NCBI GenBank assembly: GCA_031256775.1
Contig: JAIRPX010000154.1
Location: 1 to 19,111, forward strand
Direction: 5' to 3'
Length of the DNA stretch: 19,111 nt
DNA from: Dysgonamonadaceae bacterium
GTDB taxonomy: Bacteria; Bacteroidota; Bacteroidia; Bacteroidales; Azobacteroidaceae
Shown one piece after another: positions 1 through 7,291 of the stretch. Numbering within the stretch: the first letter of the stretch is position 1; each line of letters begins with the position of its first letter. A program made the position numbers and the translations under genes. Under the pieces are notes generated by a model that did no database searches, had not been told where the DNA came from, and worked only from the letters and a program-made list of their open reading frames with translations.

Positions 1-541
1 AAGCATAATCGGTTACGGCAATATTCAGTTTTTCCGTAACAATCAATTCTACGGGACGATATATTCCTCCGTAAACTCCGAATAATGTGTGATTTACCGG
101 AATAACGTCGGGACGCGAAGCATTGTCCGCTTTTACTAAAATTTCATTTTCCTGTCCGTATTTCAACAGTTTAGTCATTTCGATTACAAAAGCGGAATAC
201 CCTCCTCTGTGGTTTCCCGCCAGCGTTCCGTTTACATAAACTTCCGCTACCGCCGCCACGCCTTCAAACCGGAGAAATACGCGCTTGTCGGACAAGGATT
301 TATCGGGCGTATATGATTTCTTGTAATAAGCTTCGCCGGCATAAAAGATGTTTTTCTTTACCTGCATATCTTCTGCATTCCAAGTGTGTGGAATTTTAAC
401 AGGCTGCCAAGTTTCGTTCAGTGTCTTAGGCAGATTCTCGGCTTTTTTAAATAACCAGCCGTCGTTAAACGGCCGGTTATCGCGGCTAAAAGCCGAAGTT
501 GCTATAAATGTAACAAGTAATATCAAGAAAAATCTGTTCAT
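1..541 (-). CDS. Glycoside hydrolase family 2 (beta-galactosidase/beta-glucuronidase type), N-terminal ~180 aa only; the gene runs off the window start
   Basis: The minus-strand ORF starts at ATG 541..539, 6 nt downstream of the M60 gene stop, and stays open to position 1. It is absent from the ORF track because it is partial. The translation begins MNRFFLILLVTFIATSAFS (signal peptide), then ...NDGWLFKKAE...WQPVKIPHTWN...VFLRFEGVAAVAEVYVNGTLAGNHRGGYSAFVIEMTKLLKYGQENEILVKADNASRPDVIPV. This matches the GH2 N-terminal sugar-binding domain pattern (W.F..., PHTWN, L.F.GV...A.VYVNG...GGY..F..DIT..L..G.EN.L.V.V.N). Confidence 0.75.
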   Translation of the reverse strand, partial: MNRFFLILLVTFIATSAFSRDNRPFNDGWLFKKAENLPKTLNETWQPVKIPHTWNAEDMQVKKNIFYAGEAYYKKSYTPDKSLSDKRVFLRFEGVAAVAEVYVNGTLAGNHRGGYSAFVIEMTKLLKYGQENEILVKADNASRPDVIPVNHTLFGVYGGIYRPVELIVTEKLNIAVTDYA

Positions 542-547
542 TTCCAA

Positions 548-3500
548 TTAGTTTACAACTATTTTTGACATATATCTTTCCGTACCGCTCTTCACTTCTA
601 TGATGTATGTTCCTTTGAGGTCAATAGTTTGTTTGACAAAGCCAGCATTTATCTTCTGTTCCGATACTTTTGCCCCGGAAACAGTATAAATATTGACTAC
701 TCCATCCGAAAATTTACCGGTCGACTTTACCGTAAAAGGCTGTCCTGCTTTTCCCGGATTGGGATAAATGCTTATTCCCTGTTCGCCGTCCGGAAACTTC
801 AGGCCGGTTGTTGTTTTTGCAGCAATATTGATATCCAAATGGTTTGTTACCTTTACGGTCAGGCTATATTTCTCCGGTACTACAGCCGCATCACTTAAAA
901 TCGGGATTACTGTGTCGCCGTCGACAGTTACGGTCAATTCGTTCGCATCGGGTGCTAATGTGAAGTCAATCGTATAATCGCTGTCTTCGTCTTCCAAGTG
1001 AACGCCTGCCTGTGAGGTAATTACCTTGTCGTTTGTTGTCACATTCACTTTGAATTTCAATGGAGGAGGCACGGGCAACTGTTCTCCGGACGACTTGATG
1101 CCGGCATTAAACTCAGCTACCTGTATGGTATTTCCGCTTGACTTGTCCCAATCTTCAATATCCACGCGGATATAACGGTACGACACTTCCGGAAATTCAA
1201 TGACAATTTCATTGTCGTTCTTCGCATAATCGATTACATAATGTTCATAAACCGGCGTGAATACCGTGTTATCGCCCGATCCGTAAACGGATATCTGCCT
1301 TGCCCTGATCCATGCGGAGGTATTGCCTGCATTGCGATGCAAATAACTTACGTAATTGAACATTTGTTCGCCTTGCATGTCAATCGTGAACGAAGGTATG
1401 TAACCAGTCGGCCCGGTTACATTTCCTACTGTTTTCCCCGGCTTAATAAATGAGAATGCAGAGGTTGTATTCCCGTCAATGATGTTCACCGGATTATCGC
1501 CGCCTACGGTAGCATCCGGCACGCCTTCAATGGAAGTGGTAATTGTCCAGTTTGTTCTGTCAAGCGGATTAGCCGTTGATACTTCCGGACTTGAAGAAGT
1601 AATGCCGCGCAAGGCTAAGGGCATCCATGCAGGACGGGCTTGTCCCGTAACCAAAGCAAGCTCTTCGGCCGTGCGGTTGATGTCAGCCAGATCAAGAATC
1701 TCGCCTTTTGTCTTTGCATCAGCCATTTTTGCCCGCAGCTTTGCTTTCACTTCGGCATCCGTTACACGTATTCCCCAGATATTAAAGAACTCGGTCAAAT
1801 CGTAACCGGATACCTGCGAGGCTTTCCAAATCAGATAAGAGCGCCGTTCTTCAGCTCCGCCGCCGGTAACTTTTTCTTCACGCACTACACGGTGCAGGTT
1901 TTTGTAGAAATCGTCGCTGAAAATTAAGAATAATTGTTCCCAAACCATGAAACGCAACTCGTCGCGGTTGAAACCGGTAATGCTTTGCAGCAGTTCGGAA
2001 TCCATGTCATATATCCGCTTTGAAAACGGGAGCTTCAGGTAGGTGTTTTGCGCCCCTTCCCACCGTTCGGCGGAAGTACGGTTATAGCCTGCGCCCTGAA
2101 TATTCCGTTCTGTCACATACGAATAAATATTAACGGTCGATTCGGTTGCCAGGTTAATCATATACGCAGGTTGCTGGTGCTGGTGTCCCAGCTCGTGACC
2201 CAGCATCCATGAGTTGTTGCTTGCAGTTCCCAGCTTTGTCAGGTAACGGGCGCGGCTGCCGTGGGGATAACCGGTATAACCGGCCGAACTGGCATGGGGG
2301 TTTTCGCTGGTATTTTCCGTCAGAAGGAATCTCACTTCGCCGGTTTTCAGGCGGTGATGCAAGGGATTCGGGTCGCCGTTGTCCATACCGCTTATTTCGT
2401 CTTCCTTAGCGAGCAGGGTATGTATGGACTCCATCCATTCGTCCTTATTTTCGTCGATGGAGAATTGCAGGGCAGCCTCGCGCGTAGCCGCCGCCACAAT
2501 ATAATCGGACTGGTAGAGGACGTCGGGCGTTTGATAGTTGTTCATCATGCTTGCAAACTCAGCATGTGGAGTAACTCCGTATATATAGCGCGGCGCGCGC
2601 ACATGTTCGCTGCCGTCTGTAAAAGTAATTCTTGCCCGTCCTTTCGGATCGGCATTTCCGTCATTGACAAAACTCAGCCAGATGAGGCCGCCCAAATGAT
2701 TGGTAACTGTATTCACCCCGGCTGTCAGCGTGGTTGATGTGCCGGTATTCCGTCCGTCCACATTGAATCCCAGCGTTCCTACGGTAAGAACCGGCATCAC
2801 ATTCTGATCTGCCGCGGCAAGGATTTCGACGTTTACTTCCACTTTTTTCCCGGCTTCCACATAGAAGCCTGTGGGTTGCCTGTCGTATTTTTTATGTCCC
2901 TGACACAAGCGCATCCGTTCTTTTTCAGCGCTGTTAATCTGATTGATTTCGATTGCCGAAGGATAAGGCGTAGTAATATTAACTTGTTCCTTCGTTGCCG
3001 AGATGGAAAGATTCATGTCTGCGGTAACGTTTGCGATGCGTATCTTGTCGCCTTCTATTGTTGCGCCGCCGGTTACAACCGGATTTTCGTAATCGGTTTT
3101 CAATCTGAAGATAGCTGTAAACTCGCTGCCGTTGTCTATTCGGGCAAAATAGGGTGTAACATTTTCGATGCCTTCACCCGTACTTACGATGACGCTATGT
3201 TTAACCATTCCGGGAGGTAAATCGGTCTTTCCCAGTCCAAATTCGGCGATTTGCATGGTGCTGCCGCTTCCGGAGCCTGTTCCCGGATAATCAGGATGCC
3301 GGCTGCTGTAAATATCGCTCCACATTACAAGCCTAATTCTGACATACCGGCCGGTAGATTGCGGTACGTCTATTTTATATGTATTCGGATCGGTAACTTC
3401 GGGGGTACTTGTAGTATATCCGGCTATATTCGGAATCCATACGATATCGGTATTAATTTTAGTGAAGTTTGTACCATCGTTGCTGATTTCAATATCAATA

Positions 3501-3853
3501 CCATATACACGCAGATATTTGTAGCTATTACCACCGCGGTGACGCCATTTGATATAATCAAACGTTTGCGCCGATTGCATATCCACGGTAAATGAAGGTA
3601 TGAAATCAGAAGGTTGTTTGGGTACGGCGCCGTAATTCTTACCCGGTTTTACCAGCGAAAGGAATGTCGCGGCATTGTCGTCAAACATGTGTTCCGGCAA
3701 TCCTGTCGTGCCGTCGACTACATAGCCGTAGTTTGTTGCAGTTTGCGTAGTTACCGCCCAATTCGTACGGTCAATGTCTGTTTCGGTTGCTGTCTGCGCG
3801 GTCATTGCTATTGTTAATAACAACGACGAAAAAAATAAGGTTAATCGTTTCAT
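548..3853 (-). CDS. Secreted M60-like (enhancin-type) zinc metallopeptidase, predicted mucin-type glycoprotease, with two discoidin (F5/8 type C)-like modules and a T9SS C-terminal sorting domain
   Basis: The 1101-aa ORF starts with ATG and carries an SPI-type signal peptide (MKRLTLFFSSLLLTIAMTAQ) with no lipobox Cys. Residues ~27-209 form a discoidin-like module (RTNW...GLPEHMFDD...YIKWRHR...YLRVYGIDIEISNDGTNF...RYVRIRL...STMQIAEFGLGK) followed by a GTGSGSGS linker. The M60 catalytic core contains the gluzincin motif HELGH at residues 553-557 with a downstream Glu (HELGHQHQQPAYMINLATE). A second discoidin-like module spans residues ~765-916. The last ~75 aa (ISIYPNPGKAGQPFTVKSTGKFSDGVVNIYTVSGAKVSEQKINAGFVKQTIDLKGTYIIEVKSGTERYMSKIVVN) match the Por/T9SS CTD pattern. 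Confidence 0.8.
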   Translation of the reverse strand: MKRLTLFFSSLLLTIAMTAQTATETDIDRTNWAVTTQTATNYGYVVDGTTGLPEHMFDDNAATFLSLVKPGKNYGAVPKQPSDFIPSFTVDMQSAQTFDYIKWRHRGGNSYKYLRVYGIDIEISNDGTNFTKINTDIVWIPNIAGYTTSTPEVTDPNTYKIDVPQSTGRYVRIRLVMWSDIYSSRHPDYPGTGSGSGSTMQIAEFGLGKTDLPPGMVKHSVIVSTGEGIENVTPYFARIDNGSEFTAIFRLKTDYENPVVTGGATIEGDKIRIANVTADMNLSISATKEQVNITTPYPSAIEINQINSAEKERMRLCQGHKKYDRQPTGFYVEAGKKVEVNVEILAAADQNVMPVLTVGTLGFNVDGRNTGTSTTLTAGVNTVTNHLGGLIWLSFVNDGNADPKGRARITFTDGSEHVRAPRYIYGVTPHAEFASMMNNYQTPDVLYQSDYIVAAATREAALQFSIDENKDEWMESIHTLLAKEDEISGMDNGDPNPLHHRLKTGEVRFLLTENTSENPHASSAGYTGYPHGSRARYLTKLGTASNNSWMLGHELGHQHQQPAYMINLATESTVNIYSYVTERNIQGAGYNRTSAERWEGAQNTYLKLPFSKRIYDMDSELLQSITGFNRDELRFMVWEQLFLIFSDDFYKNLHRVVREEKVTGGGAEERRSYLIWKASQVSGYDLTEFFNIWGIRVTDAEVKAKLRAKMADAKTKGEILDLADINRTAEELALVTGQARPAWMPLALRGITSSSPEVSTANPLDRTNWTITTSIEGVPDATVGGDNPVNIIDGNTTSAFSFIKPGKTVGNVTGPTGYIPSFTIDMQGEQMFNYVSYLHRNAGNTSAWIRARQISVYGSGDNTVFTPVYEHYVIDYAKNDNEIVIEFPEVSYRYIRVDIEDWDKSSGNTIQVAEFNAGIKSSGEQLPVPPPLKFKVNVTTNDKVITSQAGVHLEDEDSDYTIDFTLAPDANELTVTVDGDTVIPILSDAAVVPEKYSLTVKVTNHLDINIAAKTTTGLKFPDGEQGISIYPNPGKAGQPFTVKSTGKFSDGVVNIYTVSGAKVSEQKINAGFVKQTIDLKGTYIIEVKSGTERYMSKIVVN
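551..778 (-). other. Coding segment for the T9SS (Por secretion) C-terminal sorting domain of the M60-like peptidase
   Basis: The C-terminal ~76 residues contain the YPNP motif, an IYTVSGAKV motif (cf. IYDLSGRKV-type), a GTYIIEV motif (cf. GVYFVKV-type) and a basic C-terminal tail. This is the characteristic beta-sandwich CTD of T9SS cargo. Confidence 0.65.
2183..2197 (-). other. HELGH zinc-binding motif codons of the M60-like catalytic domain
   Basis: The reverse complement of 2183..2197 is CAC GAG CTG GGA CAC, which encodes H-E-L-G-H. A Glu lies 14 residues downstream of the second His (LATE), the gluzincin third-ligand position. Confidence 0.7.
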
Positions 3854-3876
3854 AATTGTTTGTTTTTATAATTTGA

Positions 3877-3904
3877 GTAGAGACGCGGTATGCCACGTCT
3901 CTAC
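3877..3904 (-). promoter_or_regulatory. GC-rich stem-loop in the 75-bp gap between the discoidin lipoprotein gene and the M60 peptidase gene; no U-tract follows, so a possible intra-operon attenuator or RNA-stability/processing hairpin
   Basis: gtagagacg (3877-3885) pairs perfectly with cgtctctac (3896-3904) around the loop cggtatgcca. On the transcribed minus strand the hairpin is followed by tcaaattataaaaacaaacaatt and then the ATG, so no T-run follows it. Confidence 0.4.
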
Positions 3905-3928
3905 TGCATTCAAAATCCACATGATAAT

Positions 3929-5245
3929 CTATTCAATAACTATTTTTCCTAATCCGAATTCGGCTATTTGCATTGTATTGCCGCTCAAGGCGCCACTTCC
4001 GGGATAGTTGGGATGCTGATACTTGTCGGGAGCATAGTTCCTGCTCTGTACAACCAAATTCACCTTGACATAACGGTAGGACGATTTGGTTATCGGAATT
4101 ACATAGGGCGCATCTTCTACGGAAGTGACAGACCCGACATACGAAACTTTTTGCGGAATCCAAACGATATCGGCATTAGACCCGGCAGGCTCGGCAGGAG
4201 GTATTACGGTAAAATTAGTTCCGTCGTTGCTGCCTTCCACGATGACGCCATATACCCGCAGGTAATTGTAGGTATTAGATCCTACGCTTCCATTCGCGTT
4301 GCTGTAAGTTCCATTGCGGTGACTCCACTTGATGTATTCAAACTCCTGCGCTGTTTTCATATCAACGATAAACGAGGGAGGGGTGGATTCTGCCGGAGGA
4401 GCTACTCCGTTGATAGAGCCGCCCGGTTTCACCAGTGACAGGTAGGAACCGGCTTGTTCGTCAAACATGTGTTCGGGCAATCCTGTTACGGGAGCGGCCT
4501 GTGTACCGCCGTCCCACATATAGCCGTAATCGTTGTGGGTTTGCGTGGTTACCGTCCAGCCGGAGCGGTCTATGTCCACATTTCTTATTACCAGATCGAG
4601 CACAGTAACGGTAACGTCCCTTGAAAGGTTGCTGCCGTCGGCGGTTCTAATTGTAATCGTTGTGGAACCTACGTTTACGGGACTTACAATACCGGTTGCA
4701 GTAACAGTTGCAATCGATGCATCGTTGGAGGTATAAGTGACAGTTTTATCCCATGTATCCGCGGGCGTCAGACTTACACAGGCGCCAAGGTCGAATGTAT
4801 TTCCTCCGATTTTCAGTTCAAAGTTGCTGCCGGCAGCCGTTACGTTAATGGCTGTGGCTTTTACCATGTGGTCGATAATATTCACTATGAATCTTGTACT
4901 AACTCCCGATCCGTCGGTAGCGCCGACAATTAGCGTGTCGGTACCGAAAGTCTTCGGCTTGAGCAGTCCCGCTTCGGTTACTTCCATCAAGTCGGGACGC
5001 ATGTTGGAGAATGTTACCTTTGGGTTTTTTGCATTTTTCGGCAATATCTCGACATTCAGCTGTAATTCCGTGTTATCTTTCAGAGAAATCTGCATGGAGG
5101 GCTTTCCCGCGCTCACATAGACCGCTTCTTTAATGCCGATTGCGGTAACTTTGCCATCGTTTTCCGGTTCAAATCCCTGAGGTTCGCAGCCGGGCATCAT
5201 CACAGTAATAATTACCAGAAGTGATAAATATATAATCTTTTTCAT
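3929..5245 (-). CDS. Cell-surface lipoprotein with two Big_2 (bacterial Ig-like) domains and a C-terminal discoidin-like (F5/8 type C / DUF5000-like) module; SusE/F-position surface glycan-binding protein candidate
   Basis: The 438-aa ORF starts with ATG and has a lipoprotein-type signal (MKKIIYLSLLVIITVMMPGC) followed by an acidic stretch (CEPQGFEPENDGK). Two Ig-like repeats follow (VTAIGIKEAVYVS... and ATAINVTAAGS...). The C-terminal module RSGWTVTTQTHNDYGYMWDGG...GLPEHMFDEQAGSYLSLVKPGG...YIKWSHRNG...YLRVYGVIVEGSNDGTNFTVI...RYVKVNLVVQS...NTMQIAEFGLGK is about 50-55% identical to the N-terminal module of the adjacent peptidase. The gene lies immediately downstream of susD. Confidence 0.75.
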   Translation of the reverse strand: MKKIIYLSLLVIITVMMPGCEPQGFEPENDGKVTAIGIKEAVYVSAGKPSMQISLKDNTELQLNVEILPKNAKNPKVTFSNMRPDLMEVTEAGLLKPKTFGTDTLIVGATDGSGVSTRFIVNIIDHMVKATAINVTAAGSNFELKIGGNTFDLGACVSLTPADTWDKTVTYTSNDASIATVTATGIVSPVNVGSTTITIRTADGSNLSRDVTVTVLDLVIRNVDIDRSGWTVTTQTHNDYGYMWDGGTQAAPVTGLPEHMFDEQAGSYLSLVKPGGSINGVAPPAESTPPSFIVDMKTAQEFEYIKWSHRNGTYSNANGSVGSNTYNYLRVYGVIVEGSNDGTNFTVIPPAEPAGSNADIVWIPQKVSYVGSVTSVEDAPYVIPITKSSYRYVKVNLVVQSRNYAPDKYQHPNYPGSGALSGNTMQIAEFGLGKIVIE

Positions 5246-5270
5246 ATTTATTTATTTTGACGGTTGTTAA

Positions 5271-7271
5271 TTAACGTTTTATATCCTGCCATCCGGGGCT
5301 TTGCGTCAGGTTTTTATTCAATTCGAGTTCCTGAAGGGGAATCGGATTGTAATAATATCTGTCGTCCCATTTCACGACGCCATTGCTTACATTCGGGCTT
5401 TTCGGATAGCCGACGATGAAGCCTTCGCTATCTACGAATACATCTGAATTGAGCGTAGCTTTCGGCGCATTTTTCGCCTTGCTTGTATTTGTGCCGTCGT
5501 ACAGTTTTTGTTTTTCTGCCGTAAATTTCATGCCTCTTATGGGCTTTTCAATAAACCTTCCGGCTTTCCAGCGTACCAAATCTTCGCGGCGAAGGCCTTC
5601 CATTGCCATTTCTATGCGGCGTTCGCGGCGTATTTCGCGAAGAATGGGACTCGGAACGTATCCCGCATATTGCCGGTAAAGATTATCCAAGTGAGTATCG
5701 GCAGGAATGTTCTGCAAAGTCAGCTTGCTGTTGGGATATTTGGAAAAATCAAATCCTGCGCGTTGACGCAAGACATTGACGGTCTTGTCCAAATCCTCAT
5801 TTGTAATGGTTCCCAGTTCCGCTTTGGCTTCGGCATACATCAACAAGGCTTCCCCATAACGGAAAATCAAGGCTGTCTGCGAACCACTGGTAGTAGATCC
5901 GTTGTCTATCTGCTCGTTTGTCCAGTGCTTGATAAACATATAGCCGGTAACGCAAGGGCCGGCTGTCGGCGTTTGATTGGCAGTCGGACAGTTGTATGTA
6001 ATTTCCGGATACTTAAGCCCTTGCAGCGCCTGATTGATTGCGCCCCCGTTATCGTCCCTGTTAAAGACAGTGACATATTCGCCCGGCTTCACTACGGTTT
6101 GCCGCAGGCGCGGGTCGCGGTTGTCAAGCTCTCGCCAGTCGTCGCCGTCATAGCCTTTGAAAAGGGGGCTTGAGGCAGCCGGCAGGCCATCAATACACAA
6201 GTATTCGTCTATCAAGTCTTTGGTGGCTCCCTTACAATAGCGTCCGCTTGCATTTCCGCGGTTCATATTGAAGTATCGCGAGGTTCCGTGCCCCAGCTTG
6301 GAGCCGTCATATACCCGTGCGAGGATGGCTTCCTTGTGGTCACCACCCGTCATGCCGTTCAGCTTGAAGAGATGCCAGTACGGGTCGTTTCCTACTTCGG
6401 CGCTCGGTACATTATATAACTGATACTTGTTTGTCGCCATAATCGCTTCGCAGGCTGTTGCACATTCTTCAAGGAACCTGTTGGCCGTGTTTTGCAAGCC
6501 CAATTCGGTATGATACTTTCGGAAAGTTCCTTCAAACAGGCAGAAACGCGCTTTCAGGAAGTTTGCCATGTCGCGGTTGATGCGTCCTGTTGGTCCGCCT
6601 GTGTTGTTCATATACTGCACGGCGTAGTCGAGGCATTTCATCACGCTATCCACAAGTTGCGTTCTTGGCGTACGCGGGGAATACAATTCGGGAGAATTGG
6701 TATTCAAATCTTTTTCCAGCCAAGGCGCTTCTCCGAAGGCGACTATCTTCCAGTAATAATCCCAAGCCTTAAAGAAATAAGCCTCGGCGGCGTATTTGTT
6801 CAGGATGTCGGGGCTGCTCACCGAGCCTTCCGCTTCGCGGTAATGGCTCAGGAAATAGTTGATTGTACGCAGGTTACCCCACCGCCAGCCGGTATTGTTG
6901 CCATCGTCGAGCGAAGTTACCGCGCTGGCCGGCACTTGCCATGTACCTTGCATGCGGTTAACAATATCGCCCGAAGTATTGGAAAATCCAATGGCGTTAT
7001 CTGTGAAAATGTCGCCGTATATGATATAACTTCCGCGCGTAATGTAGAACGGTGGAGCATAACTGTAAGCATTGCCTGTCTGATGCCCCATGCAATATAC
7101 ATTGTATAATTGATTAAGGTACAAAGGCAAGTCGCCTTCATTTTTTAGAAAAACACCTTCGGCAAGCGTATTATAAGGATCTTGCTGCATAAAATCGTCG
7201 TTACACGAGATCAGGGTAAATCCTGCGCATATACAAACGATTGTAATATATTTTTTTATTATTTTTTTCAT
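5271..7271 (-). CDS. susD: SusD/RagB-family nutrient-binding outer membrane lipoprotein
   Basis: The 666-aa ORF starts with ATG 20 bp downstream of the SusC-like gene. Its lipoprotein signal has the lipobox and an acidic export signal (GFTLISCNDDFMQQDP). It is aromatic-rich and sits in the canonical SusC-SusD pair position. Confidence 0.85.
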   Translation of the reverse strand: MKKIIKKYITIVCICAGFTLISCNDDFMQQDPYNTLAEGVFLKNEGDLPLYLNQLYNVYCMGHQTGNAYSYAPPFYITRGSYIIYGDIFTDNAIGFSNTSGDIVNRMQGTWQVPASAVTSLDDGNNTGWRWGNLRTINYFLSHYREAEGSVSSPDILNKYAAEAYFFKAWDYYWKIVAFGEAPWLEKDLNTNSPELYSPRTPRTQLVDSVMKCLDYAVQYMNNTGGPTGRINRDMANFLKARFCLFEGTFRKYHTELGLQNTANRFLEECATACEAIMATNKYQLYNVPSAEVGNDPYWHLFKLNGMTGGDHKEAILARVYDGSKLGHGTSRYFNMNRGNASGRYCKGATKDLIDEYLCIDGLPAASSPLFKGYDGDDWRELDNRDPRLRQTVVKPGEYVTVFNRDDNGGAINQALQGLKYPEITYNCPTANQTPTAGPCVTGYMFIKHWTNEQIDNGSTTSGSQTALIFRYGEALLMYAEAKAELGTITNEDLDKTVNVLRQRAGFDFSKYPNSKLTLQNIPADTHLDNLYRQYAGYVPSPILREIRRERRIEMAMEGLRREDLVRWKAGRFIEKPIRGMKFTAEKQKLYDGTNTSKAKNAPKATLNSDVFVDSEGFIVGYPKSPNVSNGVVKWDDRYYYNPIPLQELELNKNLTQSPGWQDIKR

Positions 7272-7291
7272 ATTCTTCCGTTATTTAAAAT

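Noticed and set aside
348-551. 67-aa plus-strand ORF at the junction of the GH2 and M60 genes
   Set aside because: It is antisense to the clearly coding GH2 N-terminus (signal peptide plus conserved GH2 sugar-binding motifs) and has no features of its own.
3877-3904. Interpreting the 9-bp GC hairpin as the rho-independent terminator of the lipoprotein gene
   Set aside because: No U-tract follows the stem on the transcribed strand, since the following sequence is A-rich. The downstream M60 gene has no separate promoter motif in the 23 nt before its ATG. The hairpin is kept as a regulatory or processing element rather than a terminator.
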